NCBI GenBank assembly: GCA_023213395.1
Contig: CM041465.1
Coordinates: forward strand, 143,847,741-143,911,740
Direction: 5' to 3'
DNA: 64,000 bases
From: Cycas panzhihuaensis
Lineage: Eukaryota > Plantae > Cycadophyta
Shown piece by piece: positions 49,891 through 62,032 of this stretch. Each line of letters begins with the position of its first letter. Positions within the stretch are counted from its first letter, which is position 1. The position numbers and the translations under genes are program-made. The notes under the pieces are model-generated. The model saw only the letters and a list, made by a program, of their open reading frames with translations. It did not search any database and was not told the origin of the DNA.

Positions 49891-52800
49891 TAAGGTTGAT
49901 ATTAAGGGAGGGTGTTAAAACTTTCTAATATCTCCTTCATTTATTCACACCTTTGTATGCTAATATTATACAAAAGGACCTTTTTATGTAATTAAATTAC
50001 ATTAGATAGTGAGGTCGGGTCCATCTCTCATGCCATTAAGTTGACCTATCCCAATGCATTATAATCTTGGCAAATAGCTATAAATATTACCCCATACCTT
50101 TGTACTTCATGTTGTATTTTGATTAATATAGAAGCTCTGCCCAAGAGAGAGCTTACAATATGGTGAATTCATTTGTACACTTACAAGCTCATTTGTCTTG
50201 AATATTTGCTTGATTTGATGATTATTTGTTAATATTTTGATCACCATACTCAATTTAGGGTACATATATTTAGATCTTATTGTTCTCACAAAGATAACAT
50301 GACCCAACAAATATGCTTGATAACAATTTTAAAAGAAGATCCATACATTCCAATAGGATCAACTTTACTCTAATGAGCCAAGTCATGGACTTACATGAGC
50401 CTTGTACCTTTGAAGAGGCTAATACCAAACAAGAATAGAAAAATGTAATGTAAGAGGAGTATAATACTTTGGATAAGAATGACATATAGGAACTAGTTGA
50501 TCTCCTTCTAAATAAATCAATAATTAGTACCAAATAGGTTTACAAGATGAAATTTTGATTAGATGGCTCTATTGATAAGCATAAAGTAAGGCTAGTAGCT
50601 AAAGGATATGCTCAAATTAAAGGAATTGACTACAATGAAATATTTGCTCCTATAGCCCAATGGAAATAGTATGTCTCATGTTAGGTCTTACTACACAAAA
50701 GGGATGGACCATCCAACAAATAGATGTCAAAATTATCTTCTTTAATAGATACATAGAAGAGGAGATCTATGTCCAACAACCAGAAGTCTTTGAAGTTAAA
50801 GGGGAGAAAAGTAAAGTATACAAACTTAAGAAATTCTTGTATGGATTAAAACAAGCACTAAAGCTTGGTATTCTAGGATAAATAAATATTTCAGAGACAA
50901 AGGGTTCAAATGAAGTCAATCAGATCCTAGCCGATATATAAAGATTAAAGGTAACTCAATACTTATTGTAGGACTCTATGTTGATGACTTAGTCTACATT
51001 GAAAATGACTCTTAATCATCACAAAAGTTTAAAGATGATATGTGCAAAGAATTCGAGATGACAGATTTAGTCCTCATGCATTACTTCCTAGGTTTGGAGG
51101 TATGGTAAGATGAAAATGACATTTTTGTATCTCAAAGGAAATACACACTAGATTTACTTCAAAAGTTCAAGATGAATGATTATAAGGCATTAGCTACACT
51201 AGTAAAAATCAGAATAAAGTTATCTAATTTTGATAATTCTACATCAGTTGATCCTACACTTTACAGGCAGTTGATCGGTAGTTTAATCTAGCTAATATCA
51301 ACTCATCCTAATATTTTACATTTAGTAAGCATGGTATCTAGGTTTATGCAATAACCTAAGCTAACATATTAGCAAGTGGCTAAGAGAATACTTTACTACC
51401 TAAAAGGTACAATAAGTTATGGATTACATTATAAGTCCTCGATAGACTTTATGTCAATTGGCTACATTAATTTAGATTGGGTAGATTATGTTGATGACAA
51501 GAAATCCATATTTGGTTATACTTTTAGCATGGGATTAACTTCAATTACTTAGAGTACTAAAAAGTAAAACATTATTTTCTTGTCTACTATAGAAGTAGAG
51601 TATAAAGTAGTAGTACCAAGAGCATGTGAAATAGTTTGGTTACGTCAGTTACTCCATGACTTATTAATGAAACAGGTTAGACCTACACATATGATGTGTG
51701 ACAGCCATAGTACAATTCAAATGACATGCAATCTAGTCTTTTATAGATGAACAAAGCATATTGAAACACAACATCACTTCATCAGGGAACTAGTACAAGT
51801 AGGCAAGATTAAATTGGTTTACTACAACATAGATGAACAAGTCGTAGATATCTTCACTAAGGCTCTTAAAAGAATCAAATTTCATAAATTTAGAGAAAAG
51901 CTTAGAGTTATACAAAATGAATATTATGGATGAAAATATCAGTTATAATATTCATTTATATTATTATAAAGTGTGCATACCATATTGGAACGATATAGGA
52001 TTGCTAATAACTAACATCAGTTGATTGAGCCCTTAAGTATGTATTATTTTATAATTTATTTTAAATGATATTTTTTAATACCAAAGTCAATCGATAGCAA
52101 GCTTACCCAATGTCTTGACTATTTATACAGGCTCCTATGGCCTAATGGTATTCCTTAACACTACCAACTTTAAACAGATTTTGTTTATTATTTGCAATGT
52201 ATACCTTATAGTCTTTGTTTTACTTTGCCCTCATGCCATCACATATTCCTTGTTTGGCCTTCACAAAGATATACATCAAAAAGATGCAAATGTAGATGTA
52301 GTGTGCAAAAAAAGAGAAAAGGGATTCCTTTTAGACCACCTTTTTTATTTCTTTTGATAAGCCTTTTCATTTCTAATGAAATCCTAAATGTGAGGTAGGG
52401 GAAGACCAAGCAGTAATAAACATGTAATAGGAAAATAACTCTTTTCCTGCTTTTTTTTCTTTACAAAATAAAACTAGAAAGTAAATTGATGTTTTTAAGT
52501 TATTTTCATTTGAAATTGAACCTATGAAAGAAGAGTTTGGGGAATACCTAGAATGGCATTCTAAATATCCAATCTTACCCTCTTTTTATAGCAATTTCTT
52601 CCATAAATTTACATATTATGAATCGTACTTAAAATAAGGTTGGAGAAGCATACAAGTAAAATTAATTTCTAGGGAAAATCTAGTAATATTCCTTCTTGTC
52701 AGATTGACCTATGGGGAAAAAAAAAAGTTTTCAATAAAATCAAATATGAGCATAATTTTAGTACTAAACTTTTATTATTTTCTAAAATGATTTTAGCAGT

Positions 52801-54184
52801 CTAATAGCTACATAATAGGCACTTAATCTCTTGTGGGAAGGAGAATGAAGAAAAGGGGGAGGAGTGACTCCTCTAACTACTCTAAATACTCTCCAACCTT
52901 CACATAAGTTTTTTTGGAAGATTCTCCATTTGCATAGATTAGTCTCTAATAAAATATATAAAAAATAGATGAAAACGCTGGCCAATAAGGATTATAATAC
53001 CAACTTGAAAAAGGCAAGGAAACTGTGTAAAGTAGGGCCTCAAAAATGATAAATTAACTACCATTTTCTAAACCCAAATGAGTAATACTAGGCATCATTT
53101 CATTTGCATGAAACCAACAAATAAAGAAGGTGAAGCATACATGAATAAAAGGATAGAAAACAAGATAAAAGTATAAAAGAGGCAATTTAATGCCAAAAGA
53201 TAAGAAAACACAGTCTTAGAGGAGGGACAAAATTCCTAGTAATGTGGGTAGGTGTTACCCCTATTATAAGTGATGGAGGGATGTTAATGATGATTTGCTC
53301 CAACCAAGATTACTCCAATATTCAAACCTTAAGCCAATGATAGAATCCAACCAAACAAACTTAAAAGTGGTGGCATTTTTATAGAGATTTTAGTAGTATA
53401 ATGACAACATAATAATTCTAAAATTGACCTCCTCTTTCCAATGAAAATAGGGAGTATAAATAGAAAAGGATAAGGGTTTGAGCCAATAGTTTCAAGCCCA
53501 CAAATTTGGGGAAACCATGGGCCAAAGCCATGGGTAGAAAGCCCATGGTTTTATGGCTAAAATAATGGGTAGGTACTAAATAGCCCATTGTTTTAATTGA
53601 AACCCATGGACAACCCATGGGTTTGATAAAACTAAGAGGTAAGCCTAAGTATGCGTGCCATAAATGCATGACCAAAAGTAGGCCTAAGAAAAAAAATTTA
53701 AGTCATGAAATTAGTACCATAAAGCTATAGTTTTCTATAATTTCAAGAAAAAATTAGAGTGGGATGACAAAAATCAAAGTGGTGTGGATAGAAATCAGAG
53801 TGGTATAAATAACAATCAGAGTGGGATGAGTGGAAAAAGGGTAAAAAATAAATAATTTTATAGAAAGAAGGTCTAAAAGAGTAGGCTAAATAGAGGAAAA
53901 CTATAAACAAGGAAGAAGAAATGTAAGACATGTCTTGTAGAGGTACTAAAAGGTTGTTCTTAACCCATCAAACTCAAATGGACATTATAAAACCACCAAC
54001 CATGGTTTAAATCATCATTAGCTAAGACAGATATACTCATCTAATATAACAATAAGTAAATAAGATTATATAATTGTAGAAGAACTAATCTAAAGCTAAT
54101 CTAAGCTCATTTAGAAAGCAAGAAGTGCATACCTTCACTTACCTATTAGCATTATATTCATAAATTTATCAAATTGTGAGGAAT

Positions 54185-54841
54185 AATCACTTTCATTTAA
54201 TTAAATAGATCTTTAATTCTAGGCAAGGGATATTTATTCTTGATTGTTATCTTATTTAGCTACTTAAAATTTATGTGTGGTATTAATGTTCCATATTTCT
54301 TCTATATAAATAAAATAGGCACTGCACATAGTGATATGTTTAATCTAATAAGACCTTTGTCAATCAAATCTTATAATTACATCTTTAATTTTGCTAACTC
54401 TAAAGCAGAAAGGTGAGATAGTGGCTCTACTCCTAACATAAGCTCAATCACTTGGTCAACATCCCACTTAGGTGGAAACCCTAGAAGTTAATTTAGAAAC
54501 ACATCTTTGAACTCTTGAATAATAAAAAAATCTTTAATGTTGGATTCCTTAAGAGTCCATTCCTCATTAGCATGATTTATATATGCTTAGCATCCTTTCC
54601 CCAAGTATTTATTCACTTATATAGTTGTAATCTATTCAATCATAACTAAGACTTTCTTTCCTTCGATGAATGTTGGCTCTCCATTATCATTCAAATATTC
54701 TAAAACCTTGTTATAGTAGTTTATCTTGGCATGGTGCTCTACTAACTATTCAAAGCTAATAATGGCACCATAGTCTCCTAGTGGCAAAATCTAAAAAATG
54801 ACATGAATACACTATACTTCCCATTCTAATAAATAGAAAGG
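54185..54841 (-). pseudogene. Chromovirus (Tekay/Del-like) Gypsy protease C-terminus and RT N-terminus fragment
   Basis: ILPLGDYGAII...HHAKINYYNK; EFKDVF...GFPPKWDVDQVIEL...DLIDKGLIR...LNKITIKNKYPLPRIKDLFN. Confidence 0.85.
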
Positions 54842-57800
54842 TGAAGCATGCATCATAGAAGGGGAGGATACACAATATAATTCAATGTCAAATTTGAAGG
54901 GAAAAGGGAATATGAAGCAAGAAGGGCATGAATAAAATCCTCTTGTGAGGTACCAATGTGTCATATAGATGGGAGTATGGGGACAAAAAGCATCTATTTT
55001 CTAGGCTAGAAGGGGTAATATGCAAGTGTGTGCAACATGCCTAAAGGGGAAAAAGGAGGTAAACTAGAAAGAAAATATGAAAATATCTATCTAATTAAGT
55101 AATAGTGCAAGCAGGTAGATGAGAAAATTATGCATGAAAATAATAAAAGAGTAAACTATAAGCAAGCTAAAAGTTTTGAGATAAGATCAATTTATCAATT
55201 AGCAATTTTGTTGGAAGAACTAAATAACACTCAAAAAGGCCTCAACATATGAGGGTGTCATTGGGGTATATATACCCAAAAAGTAACTACTTCTACATGC
55301 CTAATCCTAGCATAATAAAACCCCCAAATAATGGAGTGACCTATCCTAACTTGACTCCTAAATAACTTAATCCAATGAACTCAATCTAAATGAGTAAGGA
55401 AAATAACTACTTAAAGTAAGAGGTTTGAAGAAATCAAGACCATTAGATAGACCTTCTCATGGATAAGTTAGCATGGACTCATCAATACCAATGACCCATC
55501 TCATGCAAGTGTAAGGTAGCTTGGTGGTACCCATATTTAATTCTAATGAACCTCCTACTCTATAAAGTGAAATAAAAAGAGGTCATTGTTCTCAACAAGA
55601 CTAATGAAGTTTATTTAGCTATCAATGTCTGATGCATTAGTATATGGTAGAGATAGATACCCTTCACTAGCCTATTTAGAATATGGATCAAAAGATAATC
55701 GCCTAAATGCACAAGCCCACCACTCTCATTTGGTGATGAAATTTAGGTAGTTAGAAAATGGACTCCTAACTTTAGCAAATAGGAAACCTATCCCTAAAAG
55801 AGACTAAGGGAGAAAATAGAAAAGTTGACCATGTAACTAAATGTTTTTAATCTTTAAATGAAAAGGATAAATAATTCTAACCTAAGAAATGACTTCCGGG
55901 CCTACAGATTTAAGAACTCACAAGAAGTATAAATCTCCACTCTATTATGGCCCTTTGTAAGATAAAATAAATAATAAGTAAGCATGCAATGATATGTAAT
56001 AAAATAAAATATTATTTCACTCCCTTTTTCTAATTTTTTAATGCTTCTTTTCATTTAGAAATAAAATTAACTATGTACAAGGTGAGGAGAAGCAAACAAG
56101 TATGATAAATAAGCAAGCAAATCCTCTTTTTATATTTTTCTTCTTTTCAAATAAAAATGGAATTGAAATATATGATTAAAAGACTTTCTTATTTTGAAAT
56201 AAAACTATGATGCAAGGGTTTTAAAAGAAAAACCTAGGATTCATTCCAAATATTTTTACAAACCTCTTAGGAATACAAAGCCTCTTGCCATCCACATCGT
56301 CAAATAGCTTAAAACAAAGTTAGTTACATGCATCTAAACTACAAATTTCTAAAAAAAAATCAGCAATATTTCTACTTGCCAAATCAAGTTATAACACTAA
56401 AAAAATTTGATTACAAACCAGAAAATATGAAAATGAGTTTAAAACTAACTTTTTAAGCTTATACCTTTTTAATGATTCTTGAAAAATTTGGGTAGTGCTC
56501 TAGTTATACAATAGGTATTTTTAAATTGGTGGGAAAATGGATAAGAGGAAGGTGTTGTTTCTCCAACTCCCACTTAACTTCCAACTTATATAAAACTTTC
56601 TTATAACTCTCCTTCACTTATAAATTAGTGTATGTAATAGAAAGTAAATAAATAAATAAATAAACTATGACTTGAAATGGAAGCATATGTAAAACCAATG
56701 ACAAGGGTAATAAAAGAAGCCTTACAGTTCATAGGATTTCCATCAAATCAAAGCTTAGAAATTGATATTAAGCCTTCCTTCCCTTGCAACATACTTTCAC
56801 GTAAAGAAATAATACAAATAAGTTGAAAAGATAAGGAACAAGCATTCAAACATAAACAAAAGAGATTAATAGATTATAAACCAAATACAAACTAGAATGG
56901 CCCATAATACAATTTATATAGGCAATTTTTCCGTAGTTCTTAGGTGGTAGGGGATGATCTGGTATATGCTCTAACCTAAGCATTCTCCAAATCCAACTTA
57001 TTTCTAAATCCCACTCCAAAAGGGAAGCTAATGTACAAGTGAAAGGGTAATTAGAAGCTATAAAAATTTTAGCAACATAACATTACAAATTTTGATCTCT
57101 TCTACCAATGGAAAAATAGGAGGTATGTATAGATATTGAGTGCCACTAGTTTATTGGTATTGAGCCCATGATTTGGGATCCAAACCATGAGTAAATTGCC
57201 CATAGATTTGGAAAAATAATAAAGAAATAGACAAAGCATTAAAACCAAGTCTTGAAAAAAAAAAGAATGAAGTAGATCCCAATGAGATTTTTAACTTGGT
57301 TTAAGATAAAAATGTAGTTGGACATATTTATTGCACATTGAAATTTATAATTTTCTATTTTAAGATCACATACTATGATCTCATGAAGTTTTTAGTGGTA
57401 CCATAAAGTTTTTAATGACACTATAGATTGTTCCTTTTATGGTGTCGTGATAAACTCAATAGTACTATGAAGTTCTCTTGGAGTAAAACAAAGTACAAGA
57501 TAGACAATTTCCAACATTGGATAAACTAAAATCAATGTTGGACAAGTATGCATCACAACAGGATGGGGAAAAATGCATATAAAACTAATGGTTTTATCAA
57601 TAAAAATACCTAAAAGAGGAAAATGAGTATAGAATCACTATAAATAGGGTTAAAATAAGGGCAAAAAGTGTTTTCAAAGGTACTAGAAAGCTTTTCACAA
57701 TTTAAATAAGCTTAGTAGAGAACCTTTTAAATCCATTAACCATTGTAAGAATCATCATAGACTAAAAAATACACATGCCAATCACTAAAATAATAGGTAT

Positions 57801-57869
57801 ACATTAGCCTGTGTTTATAAAAGAACTAAACTAAACTAAAATTGAAATAAAAAACTAAAAGTACATACC

Positions 57870-58320
57870 TTCACTTACTTGTTAGTGAGAAATGATTGTA
57901 TACTTTCCAAATTGTAAGAAACACTTGCATCCTTAGTAGAAGAGCCTCTTTAGATATGGGCTATAAGATGGTGAATGCTATTAATAATTCTCTATATAAA
58001 TTATCCATGCTTTTGTAGAAGTGATAGAGAAAGATAGTCTATTATATCTCAACCTCCTTAGTAGCTACTTGAAGAATGTTACCCCTAGTTTAACCTCATC
58101 AATAAGAACTTTAAAGGTGTGCTAAATAAGGTGGGGCTTGGTCCTATGACCCAATGCAACTATGATAAGCTTGTAGGCCATGACAAAACCTAGACAAACA
58201 CAAATAACTCACAATATATTATCCTCTTTAATAACTAATTTTTAGAGTAATCTTAAGCACTTAAGGGGTTACCTCAATGGAAAAAAAGGATTGGGTTTAG
58301 AAGCTAAGGGTTATCATCCT
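57870..58320 (-). pseudogene. Second copy of the unknown LTR-associated ORF exon
   Basis: Aligns with 1020-1450, including the same GTAAGTGAAGGTATG donor context. Confidence 0.5.
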
Positions 58321-59195
58321 AATTTAGACTCTTGAACAAGTGTCCTTTAGAGGAGGAGTTGTTTGGGCTCATCTTAGGGCCAAGTTCATCACCATAGTTT
58401 AGCCTCTTTAATGAGTGCCCCTTAGAGGTGAAATTTTTGGGTTCAAAATAGAATCAAAGGATGATATTTTATTTATCTTTAGATTTATAATATCTTTGAG
58501 TTGTTATGATTTATAATTTTTTTTTAGATTTTAATTTCATTTATGATTTTTTTATTTTTGGAAGGTAAATAAACTAGGAAAGTAAATGGAACCAAAGTAG
58601 TCTTATAAGGGAAAGGCTAAATTGAAGATGACACTAAAGGATTAGCCCTTTCAAAAAGCCACAATAAACTTGATATTTACACATTTGTAAGGTAGTTATT
58701 AAACTCATACTAGAGCATAATATAGTTTACCTTTATTTTAGAGAGATGGTATAAATTAATAATGAAACTAGCATGTAGGCTCAATTTCATTAATGGGCTC
58801 GAAAGCCCTAAGGATAATTGCCCACCTATGATAAGTGGTGCTTGAGAATAAAGATAACAAGTTAATTAGTCTTAATATTTTATTCATGTGCAACATCTTA
58901 GATTGTGACAGATAAAAATTAAGATAATAGTAGCTGAGCTTGGTTAGCAAGAGCATGTAGTTGAGGGCAGTAAGCTTGATGAACATGGGTGAGCTAAAAA
59001 AGAACTAATTGAGAATCACATAACAGCAAGATGGGGCCATTATAGACTCATATTGTGTTAGTGAGAGCTTTTATAATAGCAGTGTACTTAGTAGTATATG
59101 CTATATATATAGATATAAAGATATATATATATTTGCCAAATTTCCCTTTTTTTTCCATCTACAAGTTTCTTCATAGGACAGGATTAAGAAAGTCC

Positions 59196-61150
59196 ATGGT
59201 ACCACACAAAACCCCATGGTACCATGAAGAAATAAAATGCCTTAGTATTTGGTGGGGGGGAAGGAATATTAGTGATATCATTGAGATAGAAATGATACAA
59301 CCTATATATCATGGGATAGATATGAAACCTTATAGAATAGGTTGCTCTAGTATTTTTTTCACAAGCCTTTTTAGCCTATTCTAGTGGAAATCAGCATGGT
59401 TTAGACTTGTTTTGCTTAATGAAGTATTTGCAGTATTTTTCCTAACTTGTTTTTATTTATTTTTCAACAGGTTGTTGCAGTGAACAACTATGAAAACTTA
59501 GGTTTTCCTATGCTCTTACATGCTCAAAATATGAATGAGTAAACTAGAGACATTTGAGGATGTTATAGACTATTACAGATTGTTGCCACATGTTAGTATG
59601 TTTTAGATCAAGATCTCCTAATAGGCATCATCTCCCATTGGGATAGGAGACAATAAGTATTTCAATTAACTATTAGTTAGAGATGTCATCATTACTCTTT
59701 GTGATATGAGGAGGATTCTAAAGGTGCCTTGTGTTGGACCACCTCTTAAATCATGGGCCCTCCCTAGCGTAGCCAAGGCACATATGCAAGCAACTAGATT
59801 CTTCCATTAGAGGGGGGAGTAGGATAGATGCACTAGCATCCTTAGTAACTTGATTAATTTAGGAAGCTTATAATATATGCTAGCTTATAATATGCATTAT
59901 CTTGTTTCTCATTACTCACTGGTAAAACTATATCGAGTTTCTTAGTGGGTGGATGGGGGCAATACAACATTGTAAGGCTAGTGAAAGACTCGATTAGACC
60001 ATACTAATTGTAGCCAGCATAAGGTCCTAGCTTGATCATATCTACCAAGCAAACCATAGAGGATTCTCTTATTATACTATACTTTACTATTAGTTTTTTT
60101 ATCATTTTATGGAAGAAGGACTGAGAGTAGGACCCCAACTGATGGTAGATGGAGGGCCCTTGGTCTACAAATAGCCTACTCATTTTTGTAATCTTAGAAT
60201 AATAAGGTATAATAGCAAGACTATTTACACTAAGTCTCTAGATATTATAGGGATGGATATATGAACTATAAATTCCTATGTTAGAGTCAACTGGAACTTA
60301 AATATTGAGGAGGAAGTAGTAGTTGTAGAGGGAGGAGATGGAGAAAGAGATTTGGCATGATCATTACCTACAATAGAGGCAATGTCACAAGAGAACCCAA
60401 CTTAAGTTGTGGTTATAGTTGAGGTAGTCGAGGGACCAATAGGTAGAGTCATGGATTAGGTAGGTGGACCTATGCAAGTTGATGATAATAAGGGCTTATT
60501 GATCATATTTAATTTAGCTTTCTATCTATTTTATTTAGCATTATAATTTAATTTAATTTTTAGTTGGGTTATAGTTTGATATCTCATATAGATACTAACT
60601 CATTCCTCTTATTTTTTACATTGTAAATGGTAGGTTTACCCTAGATTTTACTTGCTATGTCTTGGACTAGTTATTTAGCATGGTATATACAAAGGGGTAG
60701 CCTTTTGTCCTAGATACAAACAAGCTAACCATTACTCAACCCCATATAATAGTATTTTCCCTAATAGTAAGGGAATTAGCTATATGGAGGGTTAGGCGAG
60801 GAGAGTTATAAGTAGAGATTATTGACAAAGATGCTACCAATGCCCAACTTTAGGGAATGATAGCCTGCATAGGAGGATAGGAGGAACATGTCCCATAGGT
60901 AGCTATTATTCTAGTGGAAGTGCCCCTATTATAAGTTGTTATAAGGGCAAAGGTGTAGATAGTCATCCTACAAGCTCAGTTGGCTTCTATGATGGATGAG
61001 ACAGACCAAGTATAGGCCAGATACAATTGATTAGTTGATTATCTAGTTGAGAGATCCTTATGGACTCATATGAGGGCCCATACTACCATTAAGTAGAGAG
61101 GTGATAAGAGGAGGTAAAGGGACAAGGCAGGCAAGGCCGAACCTTCATAA
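59196..61150 (+). pseudogene. Intron-containing plant mobile domain (PMD, aminotransferase-like) gene, antisense to G2 pol
   Basis: LDQDLLIGIISHWDRRQ*VFQL...DVIITLCDMRRILKVPCVGPPL matches the PMD pattern D..LI.ALVERW.....F.LP.GE.TITL.DV..ILGLP..G.P; intron 59399-59470 (GT...TTTTCAACAG); acidic and coiled-coil-like 3' part. Ends approximate. Confidence 0.75.
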
Positions 61151-62032
61151 TGACCTAGAGTAATGTAACCTATTGATAGCTTTAACACACCTTAGAGATG
61201 AGTGATAGTGAGATATACTTACCATATTGCACACTTTTGTCTTATACATTATTATTGTACCATATTTGGGAGAGGTAAGTTGGCTCAACAAGGGTTAGTG
61301 TGTATTCACTAGCTCATTAAGCTCTTGAACACCTTCATGGAGACCCCAACTCCCTTGACTCTTTATATAGGCATAAGTTTCATGTATATATATGGGATGA
61401 CAATTTGAGGGCCCATATTTTGATCCACATCTTTATGTTAGATATGTTTTATTTATGTTTGATCTTTTGATGTTATATATGCTTATTTTACCTTATCATA
61501 TGGATGCCACATGTAACCTTATATTTTTAGGTTTTATAACTTTAAAATTTTTTGTTGTTTTTGAAAATGATATTGACAAATAATAGGTTATACTCATGAT
61601 AGAGTGTAAAGGTAACTTATTCTCTTAGAGGAGCATAAAGCTAATTTATACTCTTAAAGCAATGTCATAGCCCCATGGAAGTTGCCCAAAGTGGAAGGTT
61701 TTACTCATGATAGAGCACAAGATATTGTGCTAGGCACACAAAGTTGATATGTCATGATAGGCCTTCTTAAGGCAATAACATAGACCATTATAGTTTTACC
61801 TCTTAAACGATCAATTTAAAGGGGTTTTTTTTTTCTAACTCTTGGTATAGTGTGGATATATTAAGCTTAATTTGAGATCCATAGCCTAGTTTATATTCAT
61901 AGTAGAGCATAATATTGTTTAGGCTTATTGTATAGTGTAGGGTAGTTTAAGCTCATTTTAGAGTATAAGTAGTTTAAGCCCATTTTAGAGTGAAAGTAAT
62001 TTAAGCTTATTTTGGAGTATTGTATAATATTA

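Larger units (their letters stand above)
42932..50290 (+). mobile_element. E: full-length decayed Ty1/copia element nested in D
   Basis: 378-bp LTRs 42932-43309 and 49913-50290; TSD AAGAC/AAGAT; PBS TGGTATCAGAGC 43310-43321; PPT AAGGGAGGG. Confidence 0.96.
40564..51920 (+). pseudogene. Copia gag-pol of D, interrupted by E between IN and RT
   Basis: MAPTLGNMIIPKFNRTNFLNW; LQLVYTDLCGPM...FIDYFTR; RT QIDVK...EEIYVQQPE, LYVDDL; RNase H VDIFTKAL. Confidence 0.95.
38157..52241 (+). mobile_element. D: full-length decayed Ty1/copia element, close relative of B
   Basis: LTRs 38157-38460 and 51937-52241; PBS TGGGATCAGAGT 38463-38474; complete domain order; TSD imperfect (CTTCT/CATAT). Confidence 0.92.
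1..54185 (-). mobile_element. G1: ancient Ty3/gypsy Tat-type LTR retrotransposon (gag-protease only, RT-RH-INT absent), backbone hosting insertions A, F, H, I, J, D; left end outside window, right end truncated
   Basis: Minus-strand Gag and Tat-type protease (21200-30300); putative Arg PBS at 35009-35027; 1-1060 homologous to 53083-54185 (LTR pair). After removing insertions, the flanks join and are colinear with G2. Confidence 0.7.
35029..54185 (-). repeat. G1 5' LTR (>3 kb), split by J and D/E and truncated on the right
   Basis: Segments 35029-35951, 37965-38156 and 52242-54185 are colinear with 54842-57920. Confidence 0.65.

Noticed and set aside
53510-53625. Cluster of CCATGG palindromes (also 410-565) as a possible MITE
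   Set aside because: Present at the same position in the LTR copies with no TSD; part of the LTR.
54756-54770. Reverse-strand TGGTGCCATTATTAG resembling a decayed tRNA-Asp (Athila) PBS
   Set aside because: It lies inside the chromovirus protease frame (GDYGAIIS) with no adjacent LTR end; such a degenerate match is expected by chance.
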